This document shows, piece after piece, positions 11,496 to 27,850 of a stretch of DNA of 64,000 nucleotides; position 1 is the first letter of the stretch; each line of letters opens with the position of its first letter. The stretch comes from Escherichia coli (GTDB taxonomy: Bacteria; Pseudomonadota; Gammaproteobacteria; Enterobacterales; Enterobacteriaceae), in NCBI RefSeq assembly GCF_013122565.1, contig NZ_CP053258.1. One strand, written 5' to 3'. The notes under the pieces were generated by a model that worked only from the letters and a program-made list of their open reading frames with translations, was not told the DNA's origin and ran no database searches. The translations under genes were made by a program, and so were the position numbers.

Positions 11496-11764
11496 GGCGA
11501 TTTACGATTCATCAACGCGTTAATTTTGGCCTGACGCTCAGCAGTGATGGGGGCGTCCAGGGCAGCCAGAAATGCATCGTATTGCTCGTCATCAACGATG
11601 AATAGTCGTTGATCTAATAAGATGTCTTGCGCTTCACGGCATGCGGCATCCAGCATAAAATCAGTGCGCGATTTTGCGACCAGATTCGCTGCCATATCAA
11701 TCAGGTCACGCTGTGAGGCTTTCGCCCTGATATTGATTGGCGCTTCTTTGCTTTCCGGTTTCAT
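11486..11764 (-). CDS. DUF1778/RHH-type antitoxin partner (TacA/AtaR-like)
   Basis: 92 aa; directly upstream of and overlapping the GNAT toxin gene. Confidence 0.75.
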   Translation of the reverse strand: MKPESKEAPINIRAKASQRDLIDMAANLVAKSRTDFMLDAACREAQDILLDQRLFIVDDEQYDAFLAALDAPITAERQAKINALMNRKSPWE

Positions 11765-11830
11765 ATTGATGAGCCTGTAGTGCGATTTTATATACAGTAT
11801 AAAGAGTGTACATAAAAACGCTATACAAAC

Positions 11831-14542
<2,712 letters not shown>

Positions 14543-15035
14543 TCACTTCACTGTGGAAAATGAGGAAATATTATTTTTTTTGCGCTTCGTAATTAATGGT
14601 TATAAGGTCGGCCAGAAACCTTTCTAATGCAAGCGATGACGTTTTTTTATGTGTCTGAATTTGCACTGTGTCACAATTCCAAATCTTTATTAATAATTCA
14701 CCTAAAACGACGCTGATCCAGCGTGAATACTGGGTTGTACGGTATTTTCCTTATATTCATCAGTTTCATTTAAGCAAGGGTTTCTGCTTCATTCCTGATG
14801 AAAGTACCATCTAAAAAGATAATCTTAATAAATCTATTAAGGGAGCACACTGGATATTTCACTTGTGAAACTGTTTCACTCCCTTACTTAATTGATAGAG
14901 TTACCTTCCGCTTTTTGAAAACACGCAACGACCATTTTTGCACTTAGATACAGATTTTCTGCGCTGTATGGCATTGATTTGCTGCTAATCCTGTGGTTTG
15001 CACTAGCTTTAAGTGGTTGAGATCACATTTCCTTG

Positions 15036-15085
15036 CTCATCCCCGCAACTCCTCCCTGCCTAATCCCCCGCAGGATGAGGAAGGT
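15036..15085. promoter_or_regulatory. MalT-box-like hexamers (GGATGA/GGAGGA, both orientations) upstream of malP
   Basis: ggggatgag (reverse) at 15036-15044 and ggatgaggaagg at 15073-15085, 65-115 bp upstream of the malP ATG. Confidence 0.55.
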
Positions 15086-15125
15086 CAACATCGAGCCTGG
15101 CAAACTAGCGATAACGTTGTGTTGA

Positions 15126-17543
<2,418 letters not shown>

Positions 17544-17552
17544 GGAAGCTCG

Positions 17553-19637
17553 ATGGAAAGCAAACGTCTGGATAATGCCGCGCTGGCGGCGGGGATTAGC
17601 CCCAATTACATCAATGCCCACGGTAAACCGCAGTCGATTAGCGCCGAAACCAAACGGCGTTTGCTTGACGCGATGCATCAACGTACCGCCACGAAAGTGG
17701 CGGTAACGCCAGTCCCGAATGTCATGGTTTATACCAGCGGCAAAAAAATGCCGATGGTGGTGGAGGGCAGCGGCGAATATAGCTGGCTGCTGACCACCGA
17801 AGAAGGAACGCAGTACAAAGGCCATGTAACTGGGGGCAAAGCGTTCAATCTACCGACGAAGCTGCCGGAAGGTTATCACACGCTGACGCTTACCCAGGAA
17901 GACCAGCGCGCGCATTGCAGGGTGATTGTCGCCCCGAAACGCTGTTACGAACCGCAGGCGTTGCTGAATAAACAAAAGCTGTGGGGTGCCTGCGTCCAGC
18001 TTTATACGCTGCGATCGGAAAAAAACTGGGGTATTGGGGATTTTGGCGATCTCAAAGCGATGCTGGTGGATGTGGCAAAACGTGGCGGGTCGTTCATCGG
18101 CCTGAACCCGATTCATGCGCTCTATCCGGCAAATCCGGAGAGCGCCAGCCCATACAGCCCGTCTTCTCGCCGCTGGCTGAATGTGATTTATATCGACGTT
18201 AACGCCGTTGAAGATTTCCATCTTAGCGAAGAGGCTCAGGCCTGGTGGCAGTTGCCGACCACGCAACAGACGCTGCAACAGGCGCGGGATGCCGACTGGG
18301 TCGATTACTCCACGGTTACCGCCCTAAAAATGACAGCATTACGAATGGCGTGGAAAGGTTTCGCGCAACGTGATGATGAGCAGATGGCCGCGTTTCGCCA
18401 GTTTGTTGCAGATCAAGGCGACAGCCTGTTCTGGCAGGCAGCCTTTGATGCGCTACATGCCCAGCAAGTGAAAGAGGACGAAATGCGCTGGGGCTGGCCT
18501 GCATGGCCAGAGATGTATCAGAACGTGGATTCACCAGAAGTGCGTCAGTTCTGCGCAGAACATCGCGATGACGTTGATTTTTATCTCTGGTTGCAGTGGC
18601 TGGCTTACAGCCAGTTTGCCGCCTGCTGGGAGATAAGCCAGGGCTATGAAATGCCGATTGGCTTGTATCGTGATCTGGCGGTTGGCGTAGCGGAAGGTGG
18701 GGCGGAAACCTGGTGCGACCGTGAACTGTATTGCCTGAAAGCGTCGGTTGGCGCGCCGCCGGATATCCTCGGCCCGTTGGGGCAGAACTGGGGATTGCCG
18801 CCGATGGATCCGCATATCATCACCGCGCGTGCCTATGAACCGTTTATCGAGCTGTTGCGTGCCAATATGCAAAACTGCGGCGCATTACGAATTGACCATG
18901 TGATGTCGATGCTGCGTTTGTGGTGGATACCGTATGGCGAGACGGCAGATCAGGGCGCGTATGTACACTATCCGGTGGATGATCTGCTTTCGATTCTGGC
19001 ACTCGAAAGTAAACGTCATCGCTGTATGGTGATTGGTGAAGATCTCGGTACCGTACCCGTAGAGATTGTTGGTAAGCTGCGCAGCAGCGGTGTGTACTCC
19101 TACAAAGTGCTCTATTTCGAAAACGACCACGAGAAGACGTTCCGTGCACCGAAAGCGTATCCGGAGCAGTCGATGGCGGTTGCGGCGACACATGACCTGC
19201 CTACGCTACGCGGTTACTGGGAGAGCGGGGATCTAACGCTGGGCAAAACCCTGGGGCTGTATCCGGATGAAGTGGTACTGCGCGGTCTGTATCAGGATCG
19301 CGAACTGGCGAAGCAAGGACTGCTGGATGCTCTGCATAAATATGGTTGTCTGCCAAAACGTGCCGGGCATAAGGCATCGTTGATGTCGATGACGCCGACG
19401 CTTAATCGTGGTTTGCAGCGCTACATTGCCGACAGTAACAGTGCTCTGTTAGGACTACAGCCGGAAGACTGGCTGGATATGGCCGAACCGGTGAATATTC
19501 CTGGCACCAGTTACCAGTATAAAAACTGGCGACGCAAGCTTTCCGCAACGCTTGAGTCGATGTTTGCCGATGATGGCGTGAACAAGTTGCTGAAGGATTT
19601 GGACAGACGGCGCAGAGCTGCAGCGAAGAAGAAGTAG
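17553..19637 (+). CDS. malQ: 4-alpha-glucanotransferase (amylomaltase)
   Basis: 694 aa. Confidence 0.97.
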   Translation: MESKRLDNAALAAGISPNYINAHGKPQSISAETKRRLLDAMHQRTATKVAVTPVPNVMVYTSGKKMPMVVEGSGEYSWLLTTEEGTQYKGHVTGGKAFNLPTKLPEGYHTLTLTQEDQRAHCRVIVAPKRCYEPQALLNKQKLWGACVQLYTLRSEKNWGIGDFGDLKAMLVDVAKRGGSFIGLNPIHALYPANPESASPYSPSSRRWLNVIYIDVNAVEDFHLSEEAQAWWQLPTTQQTLQQARDADWVDYSTVTALKMTALRMAWKGFAQRDDEQMAAFRQFVADQGDSLFWQAAFDALHAQQVKEDEMRWGWPAWPEMYQNVDSPEVRQFCAEHRDDVDFYLWLQWLAYSQFAACWEISQGYEMPIGLYRDLAVGVAEGGAETWCDRELYCLKASVGAPPDILGPLGQNWGLPPMDPHIITARAYEPFIELLRANMQNCGALRIDHVMSMLRLWWIPYGETADQGAYVHYPVDDLLSILALESKRHRCMVIGEDLGTVPVEIVGKLRSSGVYSYKVLYFENDHEKTFRAPKAYPEQSMAVAATHDLPTLRGYWESGDLTLGKTLGLYPDEVVLRGLYQDRELAKQGLLDALHKYGCLPKRAGHKASLMSMTPTLNRGLQRYIADSNSALLGLQPEDWLDMAEPVNIPGTSYQYKNWRRKLSATLESMFADDGVNKLLKDLDRRRRAAAKKK

Positions 19638-19649
19638 AGTGCGGTTGAT

Positions 19650-19670
19650 GCCGGATGCGATGCATCCGGC
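19650..19670. terminator. perfect 9-bp-stem hairpin (gccggatgc gat gcatccggc) between convergent malQ and gntT
   Basis: Inverted repeat read directly from the sequence. Confidence 0.6.
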
Positions 19671-19681
19671 AGTCAGTGTTA

Positions 19682-20998
19682 TCAAATCACCATATTCAGC
19701 AGCAGACAGCCTACCAGACCGCACACCGAGATAATGGTTTCCAGCATCGACCAGGATTTGATGGTCTCGCCGATAGTCAGGTTAAAGTACTCTTTGAACA
19801 GCCAGAAGCCCGGATCGTTCACATGAGAGAAAATCACACTACCGGAACCAACCGCAATAACCATCAGCTCCGGGCTAACACCCGTCGTTGCAATCAGCGG
19901 TGCCGCGATACCACCCGCAGTGATTGCCGCAACGGTTGCGGAACCCAGCGCGATACGCAGTACGGCAGCAATCGACCAGGCCATAAGCAGCGGAGAAATG
20001 TTGGTTTCGTGCATCATGGAAGCAATGTATTTGTCCACGCCGCTGTCTACCAGCACCTGCTTGAACGCACCGCCACCACCGATAATCAACAGCATCATCG
20101 CAATGATTTTGATGGAAGAAACCAGCGTGTCGTTAATCTGATCCATTGAACGACCACGGTTCAGACCAAAGGTGAACATCGCAATCAGCACGGCAATCAG
20201 CGTAGCCATTACCGGGTCACCGAGGAACTCCGCTACCGGCAGGAACGCGTGACCTTTCGGCAGGATCATTTCGGCAATCGCACGCATCGCCATCAGCACA
20301 ACCGGCACCAGAGAGGTCCAGACGCTGACGCCAAAGCTCGGCATCTCTTCTTCGCTGAAGGTTTTCGCGCTGTAGAGACCTTCCGGGATTGGCTTATCGA
20401 TACCTTTCAACACGCGAGCGTAAACCGGACCGGCGAGAATCACGGTCGGGATTGCCAGAATAGTACCGTACAGCAGGGTTTTACCCATATCGGCATTGAA
20501 AATGGTGGCAATCGCAGTCGGGCCCGGATGCGGTGGCAGGAAGCCGTGGGTCACAGACAGTGCAGCCGCCATTGGTACACCAACATACAGCAGTGGAATA
20601 TTCGCGGAAGCCGCGATGGTAAACACCAGCGGCAGCATCAGCACAAAGCCCACTTCATAGAACAGGGCAAAACCAACGGTAAAACCGGTCAGTACCACCG
20701 CCCACTGGATGTGTTTTTTACCAAATTTGGCAATCAGCGTGGTGGCGATACGTTGTGCGCCACCGCAGTCTGCCAGCATTTTGCCCAGCATCGCGCCAAA
20801 ACCCATGATCAGGGCAAGGCTACCGAGCGTCCCGCCGACACCGGCTTTGATGGAGCCAATAACTTTATCCAACGGCATCCCTTGCATTAATCCAACAGCA
20901 AGCGCCACGAGGACGAGAGCGATGAAGCCGTTCATTTTGAAGCGGATCATCATGAGCAACAACAAGATTACACCGATAGCAACAATGACTAATGGCAT
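19682..20998 (-). CDS. gntT: high-affinity gluconate:H+ symporter
   Basis: 438 aa, polytopic. Confidence 0.96.
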   Translation of the reverse strand: MPLVIVAIGVILLLLMMIRFKMNGFIALVLVALAVGLMQGMPLDKVIGSIKAGVGGTLGSLALIMGFGAMLGKMLADCGGAQRIATTLIAKFGKKHIQWAVVLTGFTVGFALFYEVGFVLMLPLVFTIAASANIPLLYVGVPMAAALSVTHGFLPPHPGPTAIATIFNADMGKTLLYGTILAIPTVILAGPVYARVLKGIDKPIPEGLYSAKTFSEEEMPSFGVSVWTSLVPVVLMAMRAIAEMILPKGHAFLPVAEFLGDPVMATLIAVLIAMFTFGLNRGRSMDQINDTLVSSIKIIAMMLLIIGGGGAFKQVLVDSGVDKYIASMMHETNISPLLMAWSIAAVLRIALGSATVAAITAGGIAAPLIATTGVSPELMVIAVGSGSVIFSHVNDPGFWLFKEYFNLTIGETIKSWSMLETIISVCGLVGCLLLNMVI

Positions 20999-21156
20999 GA
21001 TTTACCTGGCCTTTCATTTGTTATGGGTAACGTCAATTTTCTGACGACAAACTCTAATTATCCCAATCGGGAACAGAGATATTGCGGCACCACGACTGAT
21101 ACCCACTAAAACTAATTATTGTAGTCAGATGTCAGGAGTATGTTTGGTACCCATGT

Positions 21157-21173
21157 GAATGATACGGGTAACA
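21157..21173. promoter_or_regulatory. GntR-operator-like palindrome (aatgatacgggtaacat) upstream of gntT
   Basis: Near-perfect inverted repeat; a second weaker copy ttatgggtaacg lies at 21019-21032. Confidence 0.5.
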
Positions 21174-21294
21174 TCTGGCGTTTGAGAATCACCAGAGCGG
21201 GGTAAATTTAAATTATGAGAGGTTGGTCATATTATCGCGGAGAAACGAAGGGAGGGATTTGCCAAAGCAATGCTGCGCCAACGTCTGGCACATG

Positions 21295-21358
<64 letters not shown>

Positions 21359-21934
21359 TTAGTAGTAGGAGTGTTCGCCGCGCTGGTGTTCGGTGAGATC
21401 GCGCACACCTTTCAGCTCCGGGAATTCGTTCAGCAGCTGCTTCTCGATCCCTTCTTTCAGCGTCACATCGACCATGGAACAACCGTTACAGCCGCCGCCA
21501 AATTGCAGAATGGCGTAACCGTCTTCGGTGATTTCCATCAGCGACACGCGACCACCGTGACCAGCCAGTTGCGGGTTGATCTGCGACTGCAACATATACT
21601 CAACGCGCTCCATCAGCGGCGCATCGTCTGCCACTTTACGCATTTTGGCGTTCGGGGCTTTCAACGTTAACTGGGAACCCAACTGGTCGGTAACAAAATC
21701 GATCTCTGCATCTTCCAGGTAAGGAGCGCTTAACTCATCAACATACGCGGTCAGCAGGTCAAATTTCAGGGCGGTGTCGGTGGCTTCCACAGCGTCCGGC
21801 GGACAATAAGAAACGCCACATTCAGCGTTAGGCGTGCCAGGGTTAATCACAAATACGCGGATTTGTGTCCCTTCTTCCTGATTTGCCAGCAGTTTGGCAA
21901 AGTGCGCTTGTGCAGCATCTGAAATACGGATCAT
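21359..21934 (-). CDS. nfuA: Fe-S cluster carrier protein NfuA
   Basis: 191 aa; C-terminal CxxC Nfu domain. Confidence 0.96.
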
Positions 21935-21992
21935 AGTAATGGCCTAATAGTTGACTATTTTAGTTGGTTATAATACGCCCATCATCGAGGCT

Positions 21993-23484
<1,492 letters not shown>

Positions 23485-23510
23485 GCACTTTTGAATGGCG
23501 AGACAGAACT

Positions 23511-24387
23511 TTACTGGCTCGCCGCAGCCAATTCTTCCTCTGACAGCCCGGTAAATCGCAGAACGTCCTCAAGAGGGACTCCGGCATCCAGCATGGTTTT
23601 GGCAATAGCACGTATACCTTTCTGAAACCCCTCCTGCCGCAATCTTTCCGCAATAGTCATTAAACTCTCCTTGTGTTTCGGTGATCGTTCGGCCACACCG
23701 TCGATAAAATCGTTAAAACGTACCGCATCGCCAGTCTGTAGTATGTAATTAAACAGCCCTTTGATTTGTCTGTCATTAGCGTATCCACTACTTAATAAGC
23801 AGGCCATTTGCTCTACCAGCCCCAGCAGGTCGCGTTGACGAATATATTTTTGAATTAACTCCAGCAGCGCCATGCGTCGGTGCTGCATGATTTCATCATC
23901 AGGCATGACGGTGACATCAATCAGCGGAAATGCAGAGGCATAAAGCTGCCTTGCCAGTTTGGGATCGGCAAAACAATCCAGCCAACACAGCGAATAGGGA
24001 TAGGGGCTTTCAATACCGTGATAAAACAACAATGGCACTACCATCGGCAACGTTTTGTGTCCGGCATCCAGGTGGTTTTGCATTGCGGCAATGGCGTAGC
24101 GCATCATGCGAAATGCGATCAATTTGTTTGAGGTGCTTTGATGTTCAATCAGGCAATAGATATATCCTGGCCCTTGTTCCGTTTTCACCGACCACAGCAC
24201 GTCGGAATAACTTTCACGCAGATCGTCATCGATAAAGCTGCTCGACTCCAGCTTGAGGGTTTTCATATCACAGCGCGCGAATGGGTGCCGGTAAATGAAA
24301 CGCAAGAAAATCGCGAGCCGTCTCCGGTTGGCGTAAAAAGAGTTTGAACAGCGCATCGTGTGGGGTGGAACTCTGCTTTTTGCTCAT
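23511..24387 (-). pseudogene. rpnA: Rpn-family recombination-promoting nuclease RpnA (YhgA), apparently frameshifted near codon 39
   Basis: N-terminal [17 protein letters not shown]...HLPAPIRAL (24387..24268) runs into TGA; the rest of the protein ([13 protein letters not shown]...) continues in the +1 frame. Confidence 0.6.
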
Positions 24388-24535
24388 GGCGTTCCTTCAC
24401 CTGTTGTTTGAATGCCGCGACTTTACGCGCCACTCTGCGCCTGTGCATTAGCGAGTTTTCATCCCTGCGAGACGCTTTCAGAGGAACTTACGTCGCGCTG
24501 CAAGAATTGCATTTTTATGGAAAGCCGCACGCAAA

Positions 24536-24572
24536 AAAGCCCGGATGCAAACGCATACCGGGCTTTTCAAAA
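24536..24572 (-). terminator. hairpin downstream of feoC (agcccgg ... ccgggct followed by T-rich run)
   Basis: Inverted repeat read from the sequence. Confidence 0.45.
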
Positions 24573-24589
24573 CAGGCGATGGAGTATGG

Positions 24590-24826
24590 TTAACGCAGCG
24601 CCCACCACTCGCGCAGACAGGCTTTGCCTTCCGGGCAGCTTTTACAACTGCCAGAGAGGCAGCCGTCAGGTTCTTCCTGAATCCGCACGGCTTTGCCCAT
24701 GCTTTCCAGCTGTTGCAGCATGGCGTTAATCATTGGCTGCGGCGTGTTCAATGTCTGGCTTATCTGGGCCGCTTCCATACGGCCCCGTAACGCCAGCAAA
24801 TCACGTACCTGAATAAGTGAAGCCAT
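24590..24826 (-). CDS. feoC: FeoC, ferrous-iron transport accessory/regulatory protein
   Basis: 78 aa; four-Cys C-terminus. Confidence 0.93.
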   Translation of the reverse strand: MASLIQVRDLLALRGRMEAAQISQTLNTPQPMINAMLQQLESMGKAVRIQEEPDGCLSGSCKSCPEGKACLREWWALR

Positions 24827-27147
24827 TAATGGCAATCACCGGTGGTGCTGGCTGCGCAGCAACTACTTACCGACTTGCGGGTTGCCAGCAGTTCGATATC
24901 CACCCGGCTACGCGCGCGGCGCAGCAGACCGATAACCACGATGTTAAACAGGATAACCGTCAGAATGCACACCAGGCTGTAAGTTGGGTGCTGACTGTAG
25001 CTGGCGACTTGATAGAACAATGTTGCCAGCGAGTAAGCGATATTCAGCCCCCACAGGATGGAGAAGCCCATCCAGCCACGGCTTGATTCACGGGCGATGG
25101 CTCCCATCACCGAGATACACGGTACATACAGCAGGACGAAAATCAGGTAGCTGTATGCGGCAGCTGCGCTACCGAATTTCTGATCCATCACGCCCATCGC
25201 CCCGGTACCCATTTCGCCGTCGCCTTTGCTGGCTTCAATCGGGTTCATCAGTACGCTAAGGCTGAAGGTGTCTTTCAGGCTCTGCCAGGTTTCATCTACC
25301 GCACTGAACAGCTCTTCACCGAGGTTAAACTCTGCCGGATTGAACTCTTCGTCCTGAATATTTTCTGCGGTGTAGAGGGTGTTGAGCGTACCCACCACCA
25401 CTTCTTTCGCCATTGCGCCCGTAAACAGGCCAACCGTTGCCTGCCAGTTATCTTCATGCACGCCAATCGGCTTGAAGACTGGGGTGATCACCCGGCTGAC
25501 GGAAGCCAGCGCCGAGTCGTTGATGTTATCGACGATTTTCCCGCTCAACGAGAAGCTGTTGAAAGCGCTCAGGAAAATGCTGACGATGATAATCACTTTA
25601 CCAGCACGCAGAACGAAGCCTTTCAGACGCTGCCAGGTCTGGATAATCAGGCTTTTAACGTGTGGTACATGGTAGACCGGCAGCTCCATGACAAACGGCG
25701 TCGCTTCACCGCGCATGATGGTGTACTTGAGCATCAGGCCAGTCAGCACCGCCATCACAATACCGAGCATATACAGCGAGAAGACCGCCAGCGCGCCGTT
25801 CTGCCCGAAGAAGGCAGCCGCAAAGACCGCGAAGATAGCCAGACGCGCGCCGCAGGACATAAACGGTGCCATCATAATGGTCATCAGACGTTCACGCGGT
25901 GCATCAAGCGTACGTGCGCCCATTACCGACGGTACGTTACAACCGAAACCAACGATCAGCGGCACAAAGGATTTCCCCGGCAAGCCCAGCGCCTGCATCA
26001 GGCGGTCCATCACAAACGCTGCACGCGCCATATAGCCGGAGTCCTCAAGGAAGGAGAGGAACAGGTACATCATGCCGATCTGCGGCACCAGTGGCAGCAC
26101 GGTGTTAATACCGCCACCCAGGCCCTGGGCGAGGAAGATAGTCAGCCAGTCCGGGAAGTGGAGCGTGTAGCCAATCCATTGAATACCATGCACAAATAGC
26201 GCCACGGAGCCGACGTCAAACAGCGGCTGTAACGCCCCGCCGATGTTGATAGCCAGCAGGAACATCAGGTACATCACAAAGAGGAAAATCGGCAGACCGA
26301 GGAAACGGTTGAGCACGATTTTATCTACCGCAGTGGTGAAACGGCTGGGTTCTGCCGTCAGGGTGTTGCTTACCACATCACAGATGGCCGCAATGCACTG
26401 GTAACGCGCATCGGCAATGTGCAGCGCCGGATCATCCATTTCATTACGCAGACGGGCGAGGGCGGCATCCAGATGCTGCGACGCTTCACCGGCGTATGCG
26501 CGGCTGTAGATATCGCCTTCCAGCATTTGCAGGCCCAGCCAGCGACGTTGTTTCAGCGGGATGTCGGAAGGCATCACTTTTGCCAGTGAATCTGCTTCGT
26601 TGAGCAGCGGCTGTGCGTAATGCACCAGTTCCACATTCTCGTTAGCTTTATAGCGATCAATCGCCAGCTTGAGCGCTTCAATACCGCGACCACGGGTTGA
26701 AACCAGCGGGATCACTGGGCAGCCAAGACGCGCCGACAGAGCATCAATTTCAATACGAATATTTTGCTTCTCGGCAATGTCGAGCATGTTCAGCGCCACG
26801 ATGCAGGGAATGCCGAGTTCCAGCAGTTGTAGCGTCAGGTACAGGTTACGCTCAAGGTTAGACGCATCCACCACGTTAATCAGCAGGTCGGCGTCGCCAC
26901 TCAAAATGTAGTGACAGGCGATTTGCTCATCGAGCGAGGTCTGCGATGAGATGGTGGTCAGAGAATAGGTGCCGGGCAGGTCCACCAGCGTGACCTGATG
27001 ATCGGTGGTGGAGAATTGCCCTTCTTTACGTTCGACGGTAACGCCAGCCCAGTTACCTACACGCTGACGTGCGCCAGTGAGCTGGTTAAATAAGGTTGTC
27101 TTGCCAGAATTTGGATTACCAATTAAGCCTATGGTTAATTTTTTCAT
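24826..27147 (-). CDS. feoB: ferrous iron transporter FeoB (GTPase-permease)
   Basis: [21 protein letters not shown]...; 773 aa. Confidence 0.97.
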   Translation of the reverse strand: MKKLTIGLIGNPNSGKTTLFNQLTGARQRVGNWAGVTVERKEGQFSTTDHQVTLVDLPGTYSLTTISSQTSLDEQIACHYILSGDADLLINVVDASNLERNLYLTLQLLELGIPCIVALNMLDIAEKQNIRIEIDALSARLGCPVIPLVSTRGRGIEALKLAIDRYKANENVELVHYAQPLLNEADSLAKVMPSDIPLKQRRWLGLQMLEGDIYSRAYAGEASQHLDAALARLRNEMDDPALHIADARYQCIAAICDVVSNTLTAEPSRFTTAVDKIVLNRFLGLPIFLFVMYLMFLLAINIGGALQPLFDVGSVALFVHGIQWIGYTLHFPDWLTIFLAQGLGGGINTVLPLVPQIGMMYLFLSFLEDSGYMARAAFVMDRLMQALGLPGKSFVPLIVGFGCNVPSVMGARTLDAPRERLMTIMMAPFMSCGARLAIFAVFAAAFFGQNGALAVFSLYMLGIVMAVLTGLMLKYTIMRGEATPFVMELPVYHVPHVKSLIIQTWQRLKGFVLRAGKVIIIVSIFLSAFNSFSLSGKIVDNINDSALASVSRVITPVFKPIGVHEDNWQATVGLFTGAMAKEVVVGTLNTLYTAENIQDEEFNPAEFNLGEELFSAVDETWQSLKDTFSLSVLMNPIEASKGDGEMGTGAMGVMDQKFGSAAAAYSYLIFVLLYVPCISVMGAIARESSRGWMGFSILWGLNIAYSLATLFYQVASYSQHPTYSLVCILTVILFNIVVIGLLRRARSRVDIELLATRKSVSSCCAASTTGDCH

Positions 27148-27163
27148 TGTTGTTATCACCGTA

Positions 27164-27391
27164 TTAACAGGAAACCGCTTCCACTTCTAATAAGGCCAGA
27201 TCTTTTTTGCGTAATACCAGGCTCACACGACGGGTTTCGATATGAATGGGGTCGCCGAGTGGAGCGACGCGCACCACATTAAAAGAGGAGCCAGGTAACA
27301 TGCCAAGAGAAAGCAGTTTTTGGCGATATGCCGGGCTGATTTCACGGGAAAAGCCAGTGATTTTCCACGCAGTATCTGGAGTGTATTGCAT
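27164..27391 (-). CDS. feoA: FeoA
   Basis: 75 aa. Confidence 0.95.
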   Translation of the reverse strand: MQYTPDTAWKITGFSREISPAYRQKLLSLGMLPGSSFNVVRVAPLGDPIHIETRRVSLVLRKKDLALLEVEAVSC

Positions 27392-27502
27392 AGGTGCCTA
27401 CTTGTTTCTCATTAACTGGATAACTACCTCATGGGGCGTTTGACAGCGACATGAGACCAGATGATTTGCCAACGAAGGAGAGATTAAATAATCAACAGTA
27501 CA

Positions 27503-27521
27503 ATGATAATGAGAATGGTTT
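27503..27521 (-). promoter_or_regulatory. Fur-box-like element upstream of feoA (aatgataatgagaatggtt)
   Basis: Resembles GATAATGATAATCATTATC. Confidence 0.5.
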
Positions 27522-27580
27522 CTATCAGCAATACTTAAAATGTGTGCGAATGTTGGTTTGAATAATAATCTGACTCAATG

Positions 27581-27594
27581 TTGATGTGGCTCAA
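27581..27594 (-). promoter_or_regulatory. FNR-site-like TTGAT-N4-CTCAA upstream of feoA
   Basis: 9/10 match to TTGAT-N4-ATCAA. Confidence 0.45.
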
Positions 27595-27728
27595 GGTTAT
27601 ATCGCAGCGAAAATATAATTCGAATAGCGAATTACCAGGACTGGTTAATGTTTAATTAAGGTTTCATTTGTTAATGAAGTGATAAGTATTAACGGAATAT
27701 ATTATGAGTTTGGTTGTGGAATAAAAAT

Positions 27729-27747
27729 GCCGGAGATATTCTCCGGC
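27729..27747 (-). terminator. hairpin gccggagatattctccggc with flanking T-run, downstream of yhgF
   Basis: Inverted repeat plus T-tract on the minus strand. Confidence 0.55.
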
Positions 27748-27770
27748 ACTTTTATGTCAGACAAGGCGTT

Positions 27771-27850
27771 CGTTGCCAGATGCGGCGTGAACGCCTTATC
27801 TGCCCTACGATTTCGTGCAAATTCGAACCGTAGGCCAGTACGGGCGTTTA
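27771..27850. repeat. REP-like palindromic units
   Basis: ttgccagatgcggcgtgaacgccttatctgccctac ... gtaggccagtacgggcg. Confidence 0.6.
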
